From contig CAZPUH010000492.1 in assembly GCA_964589215.1 (NCBI GenBank), forward strand, positions 10,221 to 74,220: a DNA stretch of 64,000 bases, written 5' to 3'. Origin of the DNA: an uncultured Myxococcales bacterium (GTDB lineage: Bacteria > Myxococcota_A > Polyangia > Fen-1088). Numbering within the stretch: position 1 is the stretch's first letter; each line of letters opens with the position of its first letter. Made by a program: the position numbers and the translations under genes. Below, piece by piece: positions 56,501 to 64,000 of this stretch. The notes beneath the pieces are model-generated. The model was given only the letters and a program-made list of their open reading frames with translations, searched no databases and was not told the origin of the DNA.

Positions 56501-58429
56501 CGATTGCGAGTCGCTGACGGCAACCGGGGGCGAGCTCGTCCCGTTCAGCACGTATGCCGGCAGAGAGATAGCGTTGTCGCCGAAGTCGAAGTTGATGAAG
56601 CCATCGATCCGCCCCGCACCGCCCACGCGCGGAAACGACACGCCGTCGACATAGACGTAAAGGCCCTGGGTGTGCCCGGTCGAGTCGATCGAGAGGGGGA
56701 CGCCGTTGCCGGCGGACAGCCCACCGAGGTTCGAGAAGGCGAGGAACATGTCCCCCTGCGGGTACAGGAGGCCGGTCATGTTGATGCCGACGAAGAAGTT
56801 CGACATGAACCCCGTCAGTCCGTTGCCGGTGATCCTGAACCCCTGCGGAGACGTCGGCACCGGCGTCACGACCCCCGGCGCCTCGATGTAGAACACGTCG
56901 CCCGTTCCCGGCGTGGCCGGCAGGGCGGTGTTGTTGCTCAGCGTGAGCGTCGCGCCGGACGCTCCGACAATCGCCGCGGTCACATTGCGAAGTGCCGCAG
57001 TCGCCGTGCTCGAGGAGAACCGGATCCGGTACCCGACCGGGCTGCCCGGCTCGGCGGGGAAGGTGACCGTCCCGCCGCCGTTGATGCGGCACGGGATCAC
57101 CGTTGTCGTCGCGCCGGCAGTGGGGTTGTACCCGCCCGCGTTCATGCTCGGCGCCGTCACCGCACCGACGTAGATCAGGTCGGCCGCCGACCCGTCGAAC
57201 GCCGTCACGCCCGCGGTGGCGTTGGTTCCGGTGCCGCGCGCGACGAACTGCGCGTACCCCTGCATGCCGTTGATTGCGGCGAGGAGCGAGTCCGAATAGG
57301 TCCCCTGGTTCGAAACGACGGCCGCCCTCCGGCCCGCGCCCTGCAGCGGGAAGATGCTGCCGAACCCCGTGTACGTCTTCTTTGCGACGAGCCCGGCTGC
57401 CTGCGTCGCCGCCGCGACGTCGGCCGCCGAGGACGAGACCGGATCGGCGTACCCCTTGTTTGCGTCGTTGCCGTTCACGGTGTCCACCGCGTAGATGCGG
57501 GGAATGCCGATCGGCCAGTTGGCGACGATGCCGGAAGTCGCAGCCGGGCCGATGGGGCGGAACGCCACGGTGGTTCCATCGAAGGTTGCCGCGGTGTTGG
57601 CGGTGAGCGCCAGGATCGGTCCCGGGATGGCGGTGCCCGCGGCGGCGACGCCGAACAGCGAGGGACCGGTCTGCGTTCCGAATGCCGTGACGTTGCTTCC
57701 CGCGGCGGCCGTGACGGCGCCGCTCAGCGCGTTCCGCTGCAGGAGGCCACCAGCCACAGCGAGGGTGGCATCGAAGTTGAGCTGCAGGTTTGTGCCGGAG
57801 AGGGAGAGCGGCGCGGAAACTCCGATCTCCGACGGTGGCGCAGGGCTGCCCGTGGGGTTGCCGAGCAGCTTGTTCGCCCCCACGTTCTGGATCTTCTGGT
57901 AGGTGACCGCGCCGTCGGCGACCTTCACTGTCGTGACAGCACCGTCGGCCAACTTGGCGGTCGTGATGCCGCCGGTAGCGATCGACAACGTCCCCGTGTT
58001 CAGCGCGAATTCTGGCGCGAGCGTCAGGCTGTTGAGCAGGCCGGAGCCGTTGAAGTAGGCCGCGGTGTTCGGTGTTCCAGACACGCTGGTGCCCGGCACG
58101 ACGCCGACCTTGATAGTGCTCGGGGTCGGCATGACGATCGATCCATCAGCTGGCGCCAGCGGCGCCTGGACGTCTGCCCCGCTGGCCGCGTTCCCCAGAA
58201 CGCCGCAGCGGAACAGCGGCGATCCCCCAGTGAACCAGATGCCGCATGGCAGTCCCGATCCTGGCATGTCTCCCAGGCGGATCGAGTTGCCGCTCGTCGT
58301 CGGGACACCCTGGTTCTTCGCCACGTGCCCCTGATAGTCCTGGTCCGTGTACAGAAGTTGGTCGGCGTGAGCGGCGCCGCCCACGACCACGCACACCAGA
58401 ATGGCGACGATGATCTTGATGTTCTTCAT
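53594..58429 (-). CDS. giant fibre-like protein with N-terminal signal peptide
   Basis: 1611 aa from ATG 58429 (ATGA overlap with the upstream stop). N-terminus is MKNIKIIVAILVCVVVGGAAHA/DQ. Tail-fibre-type repeat ITTAKLADGAVTTVKVADGAVTYQKIQN. G/T/S/A/N-rich throughout. The track extension to 58615 overlaps the previous gene. Confidence 0.7.
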   Translation of the reverse strand: MKNIKIIVAILVCVVVGGAAHADQLLYTDQDYQGHVAKNQGVPTTSGNSIRLGDMPGSGLPCGIWFTGGSPLFRCGVLGNAASGADVQAPLAPADGSIVMPTPSTIKVGVVPGTSVSGTPNTAAYFNGSGLLNSLTLAPEFALNTGTLSIATGGITTAKLADGAVTTVKVADGAVTYQKIQNVGANKLLGNPTGSPAPPSEIGVSAPLSLSGTNLQLNFDATLAVAGGLLQRNALSGAVTAAAGSNVTAFGTQTGPSLFGVAAAGTAIPGPILALTANTAATFDGTTVAFRPIGPAATSGIVANWPIGIPRIYAVDTVNGNDANKGYADPVSSSAADVAAATQAAGLVAKKTYTGFGSIFPLQGAGRRAAVVSNQGTYSDSLLAAINGMQGYAQFVARGTGTNATAGVTAFDGSAADLIYVGAVTAPSMNAGGYNPTAGATTTVIPCRINGGGTVTFPAEPGSPVGYRIRFSSSTATAALRNVTAAIVGASGATLTLSNNTALPATPGTGDVFYIEAPGVVTPVPTSPQGFRITGNGLTGFMSNFFVGINMTGLLYPQGDMFLAFSNLGGLSAGNGVPLSIDSTGHTQGLYVYVDGVSFPRVGGAGRIDGFINFDFGDNAISLPAYVLNGTSSPPVAVSDSQSFYVGDGAVVYPRLAIGGKQAGSFAGVTLGGASAIGERPLRIISDGAQPAALSMNSMNGTLGAIVATQAGAHPAIKISGQSWVTMLNLVSGSAGNTDVGVDLTGAFSTTIVLVTQPTVTGTLGDLRLCTGTIVTWAQASAGIVDACGNKVGSSTWAPLTVSTAGTSITGLGTGHVNATSDRLVVDTTTYLPDTGGNGFVIRTGVGTTTNRTLTNTDGTITITNPDGVAGNPIINTTGLTPSSRTVQGTAPISIGGDHAPHDLSANRTWALDANGVTYPFLQQGGPLSIPGRSSNSTGNWADIPVAAGSGGVLRESGSSLGFGTITESVVQNLVSDLASKVPATRTIATAPPLTGGGDLSADRTLGISDFVASGPSHARGAVPDPGSIAGTTRFLREDGWAALAAVAQSGSASDLGTGTLPDARLSNIIGVGSCTNCNITWDAHGRITVATNGSGGGGGTVTAVTATAPIFSSGGTAPNITIQGAIVTGSTSTSAFNLGLIGNGVLMNVVSGGQSTPGIFSASINRIPRGSGSNGGFTESAGLIYDGSTFATTNIEDDGVAVNSIVKTNGSHVLVPASAGTDYVHSVSATNGIVNIGTTADPLLSLVTSGVTAGTYVTPTITVDIYGRVTAASFTNTIQVVESDGVPVTNEATLNFQAPLHAADSGGGPFRTNASLLIDANHTVNGSNQLALANQVGINGVGLPTNAAFVVGHTNNANFDHAQFFVGGGGLEDGPDNTLFLISPANTTVPAGRTSGIWSTLRIGAPLYTGVSLPALTEATTLYIDGAPTSSNVHGLGLYALHIASGGVAFGDLAAGGVVTAATGTGFLRVSPALVASLYYTTRLYTLLNAGELVQGGYSLNPLGSISFTQVEYPTGVAASKVTLSCKYEHATITGGNYTFKAARNGVDTGANLSFASGTPDGTYFSTVSVAGSSTSDTWGLDLTGLGSANNCDPSTSNCPDMMCSILLVP

Positions 58430-59316
58430 GGGGTGATGGTTCCGTTGCATTCGCGCGCGTAAGCCGTCTGCCCTACCGGGGACTTCATCGTGATCTGGAT
58501 GGGCACTGCCGTTCCGGGGTTCGTGAACGAAGCCGTGAATCCAGTCTTCGCGTAGGTCGCTGACGAGGTGACCGCAGGCGATCCGACTGCTGTTCCGCCC
58601 CCCGGCGCCGTCCACCGGTCGACAAAGTTTCCGCCCACGTACAGCTTGAAGGTCGTGGCGCCACTGGGGCTCTTGGCTTGGAAAGCGAAGTTCGCGGTCA
58701 GGATGCCAGCTGGACGAACGGCACCGTCGAAAGTGAACTGCCAGATCACGACCTCGTTGCCGCTGGCGTCATCGGGAGAATCGTTCGCGCTGAATGACTC
58801 GCCCCCCGTACCCCCACCGCCACCACCGCCCGCTACGAGCCCCCGCACGGCCTCGAGCCAGCGATTCAGCTGGGTCGCCCAGCCGAGCAGAATGGTGATG
58901 ACGCTGGTGTCCTCGAGCTGCTCGAAGCCTCCCAGCTTGCGCAGCGTGCGCACCCCTCCACCTGGTCCCGGGATGGCGATGCCGGCCAACCGGCAGAGGA
59001 TGACCCGGACCCTGGTCTCGCCCGGCGATCCGGGGTTGATGGTCGCCTGGACGACGTAGGTGCCGTCCGTCTTGAAGCTGCCAGCGTCGCTGTCGACCGT
59101 GAAGCTGGCCGTCGTGGCCACGGACAGCAGGACGGGCTCCGGTCCGGCGCCGCCCGCCGCGCTGCCCTCCGGGCGTCCGACGAGCTCCCAGCGCACGTTG
59201 GTGACCCCGACCAGGCTGGACAGAGAGAGGGCCACGAGGTCCCCGCTGACCAGATCCTCGCGGTAGCCGGAGGTAGAGCCGGTTCCGTTGCGGGTTGAAA
59301 CAATCGCGAGCGGCAC
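58426..59316 (-). CDS. tail/baseplate-associated structural protein (putative)
   Basis: 296 aa with a poly-Gly linker GGGGGGGTGG. GTG start lies 6 nt after a TAACAT hexamer. Confidence 0.55.
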   Translation of the reverse strand: MPLAIVSTRNGTGSTSGYREDLVSGDLVALSLSSLVGVTNVRWELVGRPEGSAAGGAGPEPVLLSVATTASFTVDSDAGSFKTDGTYVVQATINPGSPGETRVRVILCRLAGIAIPGPGGGVRTLRKLGGFEQLEDTSVITILLGWATQLNRWLEAVRGLVAGGGGGGGTGGESFSANDSPDDASGNEVVIWQFTFDGAVRPAGILTANFAFQAKSPSGATTFKLYVGGNFVDRWTAPGGGTAVGSPAVTSSATYAKTGFTASFTNPGTAVPIQITMKSPVGQTAYARECNGTITP

Positions 59317-59360
59317 CCCGCCATGTTAGGCGGGGGCCCGACGAGCCCGCCAGAGGGGGG

Positions 59361-60917
59361 CTACGTCAGGGTGGTCATCCCGATCATCCGAACCCGATGG
59401 GCGTAGCCCTTGACGCTGATGTTCACGGTGTCCCCCGTTGTGCCACCCTTGAGCCACAGCGCCCCCTGCCCCGGAGCCGGCCATGGAAGGCGGCCGTTCG
59501 TCAGGCCGCCGACCGCGACCGCGGGAATTGATGCCACGAGCTCCATCGGCCCATAGCCGCTGCTGAACTGCGGCGAGATCCCGCCAGCCGTGGTGTCCGG
59601 ATGGACGTTGTAGTAGCCGGGGGTGGAGCCGACCAGCGCCGCACTGAGGGACACCGAGGCCGTCGTGGGAAAGCCGATCTGGGCCGCCGACGGCGGCGTG
59701 CTGAACGGATCGGCTGCGGCACCCGTGCGGACGACGAAAATGCTGTTTCCGCCCGCGACCGCTGATCCGAAGTAGGTGACGTCGTCCTCCATGATGAGAC
59801 CGGCCCGACGCGTGGTGTTGGCGACGACCATGCCGAAGCCGATGTAGACGGCGCCGGCGGGCGCGACCGTCTGACCGTTCACGGTCATGTTGGCCGTCGG
59901 TTTCCCGGTCGAGAGATTCGGCGGCGTCAGGCTCTCGACGATCGTGATCGGAGACAGAATGCCCGACGTGGAGTTCAAGCTCGGCAGCCTGTTGTGGCGA
60001 CCGCCGACCGCGTAGACGTAATAGATCTTGTTCCACTGGGCAGGTGCCGCCACGGTGAACGGATTCGCTGCGGTGTCTTGAACAACGCCTCCGTTGACGG
60101 AATCCAAGACGCCGTAGAACTCGTGCAGCTCGCCGTCGATCAGCACTCGGTGGAGGCCCGATACTGACATCGTCGAGCTGGCCGAGGCGGGATTCGCGGC
60201 CAGGTCCCACTTGAGTCCGAGTCCCGACACGACGCCGCTCATCGCGGCGAACGGGTACTCCACGCGCCGCCAGGATGCACGCGCCTGCGCGAACGAAGCG
60301 GCGGAGCCGGCCCCCGGTGGCACCCACACGTAGAACAGCGCCAAGGCGCCGACAGGAATCGCCGGCACCACCGGATTCCCCGAAGGTGTGCCCGCGATGA
60401 CCGACAGCGTGGCGGTCGGGGCTGACGTCTTGAAAACGTTCTGCGGCGTGATCGTGCGCGCCACGGGATCGACGAGAATGTTGCGGCTCTGCAGGTCGGT
60501 GTCGACCATCGCGGCCGTCGCCACAATGACGTCGATCCGAGGATTGGTTCCGTCCGGATTCGTGTGGGTGACCGTGCCCACCGGCCAGCGAACCTGCAGA
60601 TATCCGCTGTCGTCAGCGGTCAGCGTGGAATATCCGGGGTACCAAAGCAGGCCGGATCCGGCGCCGATCGTCACCGAGAATCCAGAGGCGCCGGTCAGCG
60701 TGGGTGCCTCTTCGATGCCTGAGATCGGCGTCCCGTTGAACTGAAGCAGATCCGCCGGCCCGCCAGGATTCGGAACATCGGAGTCGAACGATCTCGCCCG
60801 AGACGCTTCCAGGTCCTGACGAGCCTTTGCGGCAAGGTACTGGGCGCGCATCAGGTCGCTCGAGGCCAAGACCTCTCGGGCGTTCCACTTCTCGATTCTC
60901 TCGGTCACTCCGGCCAT
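59361..60917 (-). CDS. tail fibre / receptor-binding-type structural protein (putative)
   Basis: 518 aa, within the baseplate module. A TAGCAT hexamer lies 6 nt upstream of the ATG. Confidence 0.55.
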   Translation of the reverse strand: MAGVTERIEKWNAREVLASSDLMRAQYLAAKARQDLEASRARSFDSDVPNPGGPADLLQFNGTPISGIEEAPTLTGASGFSVTIGAGSGLLWYPGYSTLTADDSGYLQVRWPVGTVTHTNPDGTNPRIDVIVATAAMVDTDLQSRNILVDPVARTITPQNVFKTSAPTATLSVIAGTPSGNPVVPAIPVGALALFYVWVPPGAGSAASFAQARASWRRVEYPFAAMSGVVSGLGLKWDLAANPASASSTMSVSGLHRVLIDGELHEFYGVLDSVNGGVVQDTAANPFTVAAPAQWNKIYYVYAVGGRHNRLPSLNSTSGILSPITIVESLTPPNLSTGKPTANMTVNGQTVAPAGAVYIGFGMVVANTTRRAGLIMEDDVTYFGSAVAGGNSIFVVRTGAAADPFSTPPSAAQIGFPTTASVSLSAALVGSTPGYYNVHPDTTAGGISPQFSSGYGPMELVASIPAVAVGGLTNGRLPWPAPGQGALWLKGGTTGDTVNISVKGYAHRVRMIGMTTLT

Positions 60918-60950
60918 GGGCCGATGCTACAGTGACCCCGCCGCGCGCGT

Positions 60951-61382
60951 CTATCTGGCGGCGCCCGCCACGTTCCCCGTGCCGGAGCCGCCGCATGTCG
61001 TGACCGGAATGCACACCGGGTCGAAGACGTTCCCATCCGGGTTGGGCGCGATGCGACATGGACACCCGGCCGCCTCTCCGCCACGGCCTCCCTCGCCACC
61101 GCTTCCAGCTGCCTGGGCGCCACCGGCGCCGGCATCCATGCCCGACGGCGCGCTCCCGCTGCTCCCGGCACCGCCAGCGCTGAGACTCAGCCCGCGACGT
61201 CCACCGGCAGCTTCGGCGCCCGCTCCGCCGGCCGCCGAGCGACCGGCATCCGAGGAGGACGCGCTAACGTCTCCGCAGCCAGCCGCGCTCAGCGCCAAGA
61301 CCGCCAGGGCCGCCAGAAGCACCACCAGCGCCACCCCCGTACGATTCGGGTTCTTTCGGATCAAATGGTCGATGTCGAGCAT
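60951..61382 (-). CDS. Gly/Ala-rich lipoprotein
   Basis: From ATG 61382: MLDIDHLIRKNPNRTGVALVVLLAALAVLALSAAGC. The class I motif ends 7 nt upstream. Confidence 0.6.
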   Translation of the reverse strand: MLDIDHLIRKNPNRTGVALVVLLAALAVLALSAAGCGDVSASSSDAGRSAAGGAGAEAAGGRRGLSLSAGGAGSSGSAPSGMDAGAGGAQAAGSGGEGGRGGEAAGCPCRIAPNPDGNVFDPVCIPVTTCGGSGTGNVAGAAR

Positions 61383-61388
61383 GGTCGA

Positions 61389-61399
61389 GATACTACGCG
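61389..61399 (-). promoter_or_regulatory. class I promoter-like motif CGCGTAGTATC
   Basis: Exact 11-mer. TAGTAT ends 7 nt before ATG 61382. It lies inside the tail module. Confidence 0.6.
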
Positions 61400-61418
61400 T
61401 CCCCGCCAATGCCTGAAG

Positions 61419-63056
61419 TCACAGCGCCATTTCGACCACCTCGACAGCAACGACGAGGTGCACAAGGTGCGTGCCGTCGCTGGTGATGTAGCCGCGAATT
61501 TGCGTGACGCGCTGGCTCGGTGGCGGAATGGACTGGGTGTCAGTGCCGCCGTATGGGCTCGTAATCAGCTGATGCCCGTCCTCGAGATCGGCATGCACCT
61601 CGTGAGTGGCACCTGCCACAGGCGACGCCGAGTCGTGACCAGCCCAGATTGCGTTCACGTACCAGATCTTTCCCGCCGGCGGAGTCAACGTGATGACGAG
61701 CGTGGTGCTGGCGGAGCTGCTGGACCCGGAGCCGATCTCAAGTTGATTCGGCTCCAGGAAGACGTCGAAGTTCACGCCTCCCGCGTGTTTGACGGTGACG
61801 TCCTGGATCATCGCCATCAGCGCCGCCGTGGTCTGCGGAGGGAAGACGTCGGTCGCTTCGACATACCCAAGGACGGGATCGTCACAGAACGCGTCGTCGT
61901 CCAGGAACATCGCGAACTGACCCGGATCGCCGACGAGCCCCTGCGCCTGAATCAGGAGGTAGGCGGTCATCGTTCGCCGATCGAGGATCGTGACGCCGGA
62001 CGCCGGGTCGTCGAGGAAGTCCACGTCGACCGCCATGCCGTCGAAGCTGCCGAGACCGTAGAAGCTTTTCAGGGCCGGCGTGGCCTGATCGCGGAATGGC
62101 TCCAGAACCATGAACGGCGGCAGCCCGTACTTTTGAACGGCCTGCTGAACAGTCAACGCGATCGCGATGGGGCTGACCGCGTCCGGGATGTTGCGGATGC
62201 GCGCGCGGTAGGCGTCGGTCTGCTCGCCCGGCTGGCGCAGCACGCCGCGCTCCTTGCCGTGCACCGACAGGTAATCGGCCGCCCCGCCTAGAATCTGGGT
62301 GCTCGACGCCACCTCAAACGTCGTGCCATCCACCCCCGCGGTCTGCGTCATAACCCCGCTGCCGTTGACCGCCGCCGTCACGGTGCCGTCGGCGTTGACC
62401 GTCCAGGTGTCGCCGACATCGTAAGTGCCGGACGCGAAGGTCAGGACGATCAGCGTCCCTGGGACGGGGAATGCGTAGCTGACGACGTTTGGGGTCAACA
62501 CCGGCGCGGAAGGGGGGCCGTTGTTGATGGCCCAGGTGAAGGACATGAAGCCGAGGTTCGCCCCCGCCGTCACGACGATCGTCACGACTGCCACCGGAGC
62601 CATCAGGACGCCGCCGGCGCCGCTCGATGCGATCGGCGGGCTGCTGGGGTCGACCGCGAACCCCGGGTCGTCCTCGGTGTTGACGAGCTCGGTCTGGCGG
62701 AGCGTCTGGACCGGAAGAACCAGGGTCGTCTGGGTGGTGACCGCCACCGCCAGCTGCAGGATCGCCTGGCAACCGCGCGCATCGCGAAATACGTAGCCCT
62801 GGGGGATGGTCCCAGTGGTGCTGCCGGAACTCCGCTTGATGGTGATCGAGGCCGTGCCCGGCGAGCCGCCGGACGCCTGTGATAGCGTCCCCTGGGCGAT
62901 GTTGTGGGGGATCGAGATCCCAAGCCGGGCGAATATCTGGACGTAGGCGCCCAGCACGGCGGCGCTGTCCGGATCGGCGAGCAGCGGCTGGAGCCAGCCG
63001 TCGTTGTCGGTGGTTCGCCGGAGCAGCGCCAGGAGGCTGTTGAAGTCCTCGGCCAC
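61419..63056 (-). CDS. baseplate protein (J-like / wedge, putative)
   Basis: 545 aa. GTG lies 4 nt after the upstream stop. Follows the baseplate J-like gene. Confidence 0.5.
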   Translation of the reverse strand: MAEDFNSLLALLRRTTDNDGWLQPLLADPDSAAVLGAYVQIFARLGISIPHNIAQGTLSQASGGSPGTASITIKRSSGSTTGTIPQGYVFRDARGCQAILQLAVAVTTQTTLVLPVQTLRQTELVNTEDDPGFAVDPSSPPIASSGAGGVLMAPVAVVTIVVTAGANLGFMSFTWAINNGPPSAPVLTPNVVSYAFPVPGTLIVLTFASGTYDVGDTWTVNADGTVTAAVNGSGVMTQTAGVDGTTFEVASSTQILGGAADYLSVHGKERGVLRQPGEQTDAYRARIRNIPDAVSPIAIALTVQQAVQKYGLPPFMVLEPFRDQATPALKSFYGLGSFDGMAVDVDFLDDPASGVTILDRRTMTAYLLIQAQGLVGDPGQFAMFLDDDAFCDDPVLGYVEATDVFPPQTTAALMAMIQDVTVKHAGGVNFDVFLEPNQLEIGSGSSSSASTTLVITLTPPAGKIWYVNAIWAGHDSASPVAGATHEVHADLEDGHQLITSPYGGTDTQSIPPPSQRVTQIRGYITSDGTHLVHLVVAVEVVEMAL

Positions 63057-63060
63057 CGGG

Positions 63061-64000
63061 CTACCCGAAGCTGATGTCCTGCAGCCGCAGTCGGATGATC
63101 GTGCTGTTGGTGGCGGGCACGATGTCGCCGACCGGAACGGGCAGGCTCGCGTCGGTCACGATAACGCCGGGCACCGCGCGCGCGGCCGCGATCAGGTCGG
63201 AGCGGCGCAGCGGCTGGCCCGGCTGATTGAACTGACTCATGGCCACGGCGGTCGCGGCCACCGCGGCGCTGGCGGCCTTGGTGTCGATCCCGGACTCGAA
63301 GTCGAGATCGTACTGAACCGCCTCGAACACCACCGTCCCGCCCGACACGAAGACCGGGATACCGGCCGAGCGATACCAGAGCAGGTTGTCCTTCACTGCC
63401 TGAATCATCAGCGAGGACGCGTTGCCGTTGGCGTCGCCGATCACGAGCTCGACCGCGCCAGCCGGCAGCGCGGTGCCGGGATTCACGATCTCGAACGCTG
63501 TCGCCACCGCCACCCCGGACAGGTACTGCTTTGTCTGGCTGGTGTTGGCGGGGTCCGACGTCTGGGCCGCCAGCTGGATCGCCGCCAGGATGCCGCGCCG
63601 GATGGACAGGAAGAAGACCAGCGCGCGCCCCCGGAACTGCGCGTCGCTCTCGGCCAGCGTGCCGCCAGCGGCGGGCGCGGGGTTGGTGACCGTGATCGTC
63701 GGGTCGAAGGTGCTGTCCACGAAGGCGGTCAGCGTGTTCACCTGGATGTTCTGGTCCGGGCCCACGACGGCCGCGAAGGCGGAGATCGGCGTGGTCACAC
63801 CCTTCACCAGGTCGGTGGGCCCGAACGGCACGTCGGTCTGGAGGGAGAAGATCGAGCCGCTGGCCGTGCTCATCCGCGTGCCCGCCGCGATCGTGCCACC
63901 GCCCGCGCCGAATGTCGGGCGCCGCAGGACGACATCCACCGTGGCGGCCGCGGCCGGGTTCCTTGTGATCCCAAAGTTGTCGTACACCTTCCGGTCGAGC
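63061..64000 (-). CDS. baseplate J-like protein (N-terminus beyond window edge)
   Basis: The frame stays open to position 64000 (..LDRKVYDNFGITRNPAAAATVDVVLRR...AESDAQFRGRALVFFLSIRRG). The architecture resembles gpJ/gp47-family proteins. Confidence 0.55.
   Translation of the reverse strand, partial: LDRKVYDNFGITRNPAAAATVDVVLRRPTFGAGGGTIAAGTRMSTASGSIFSLQTDVPFGPTDLVKGVTTPISAFAAVVGPDQNIQVNTLTAFVDSTFDPTITVTNPAPAAGGTLAESDAQFRGRALVFFLSIRRGILAAIQLAAQTSDPANTSQTKQYLSGVAVATAFEIVNPGTALPAGAVELVIGDANGNASSLMIQAVKDNLLWYRSAGIPVFVSGGTVVFEAVQYDLDFESGIDTKAASAAVAATAVAMSQFNQPGQPLRRSDLIAAARAVPGVIVTDASLPVPVGDIVPATNSTIIRLRLQDISFG

Noticed and set aside
58430-58615. N-terminal extension of the giant fibre ORF (track start 58615).
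   Set aside because: It overlaps the protein-like C-terminus of 58426..59316. The ATGA-coupled ATG 58429 gives a clean signal peptide.
53594-63987. Looked for a diversity-generating retroelement (template/variable repeat pair plus reverse transcriptase) around the fibre genes.
   Set aside because: No RT-like ORF is in the window, and I noticed no adenine-variable repeat pair by eye. A proper self-alignment would be needed to exclude one.
1-64000. tRNA, rRNA, CRISPR arrays, integrase/att sites.
   Set aside because: No T-loop-like GGTTCGAATCC-type sequences were seen in intergenic gaps. There are no regularly spaced direct repeats. No tyrosine or serine recombinase motifs appear in any ORF.

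Overview
Gene-dense, high-GC (about two-thirds G+C by eye) tailed-phage or prophage segment. I call about 105 protein genes, and all but two are on the minus strand, so the genome reads right to left. All functions are inferred from motifs I could read in the translations; no searches were run.

Gene order, right to left:
- Baseplate and tail-fibre module (64000-58426).
- A 1611-aa fibre-like protein with an N-terminal signal peptide, followed by a Skp/OmpH-like gene, a lipoprotein and a small paralog (58429-52119).
- A holin-like membrane protein.
- Recombination and replication block (51400-41445): RuvC-like resolvase, sigma-like factor, HTH protein, Cas4-like PD-(D/E)XK nuclease, putative annealing protein, nucleotidyltransferase, initiator, DnaC-like loader, DnaB.
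- HerA/FtsK-like ATPase, DHH phosphoesterase, many small genes, and an M15 endolysin.
- A terminase large-subunit ATPase half interrupted by a LAGLIDADG intein (30030-32036).
- An 11.6-kb accessory block: papain-like peptidase operon, Gp37/Gp68, Mom-like GNAT, DUF4326, a disrupted methyltransferase, and a metallopeptidase::SOD-like fusion.
- The separately encoded terminase nuclease half (17701-18453).
- ParB-like protein, ABC-ATPase::GNAT fusion, DUF932, ASCH.
- Portal, HNH, Mu-F-like protein, a tandem family of tiny PxPF[KR] proteins, scaffold, and a capsid gene truncated at the window edge.

The strongest signal not explained by genes is an 11-nt motif, CGCGTAGTATC in gene orientation. It is present 17 times exactly and always sits just upstream of a start codon. 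I read it as a phage-specific promoter class producing leaderless mRNAs.

Two further promoter-like classes are present:
- TTTACA-N16/17-TAnnCT, in three copies that share a 19-nt block.
- TTGACG-N18-nAnnnT, in five copies.

I found no tRNA, rRNA, CRISPR array, integrase or reverse transcriptase.
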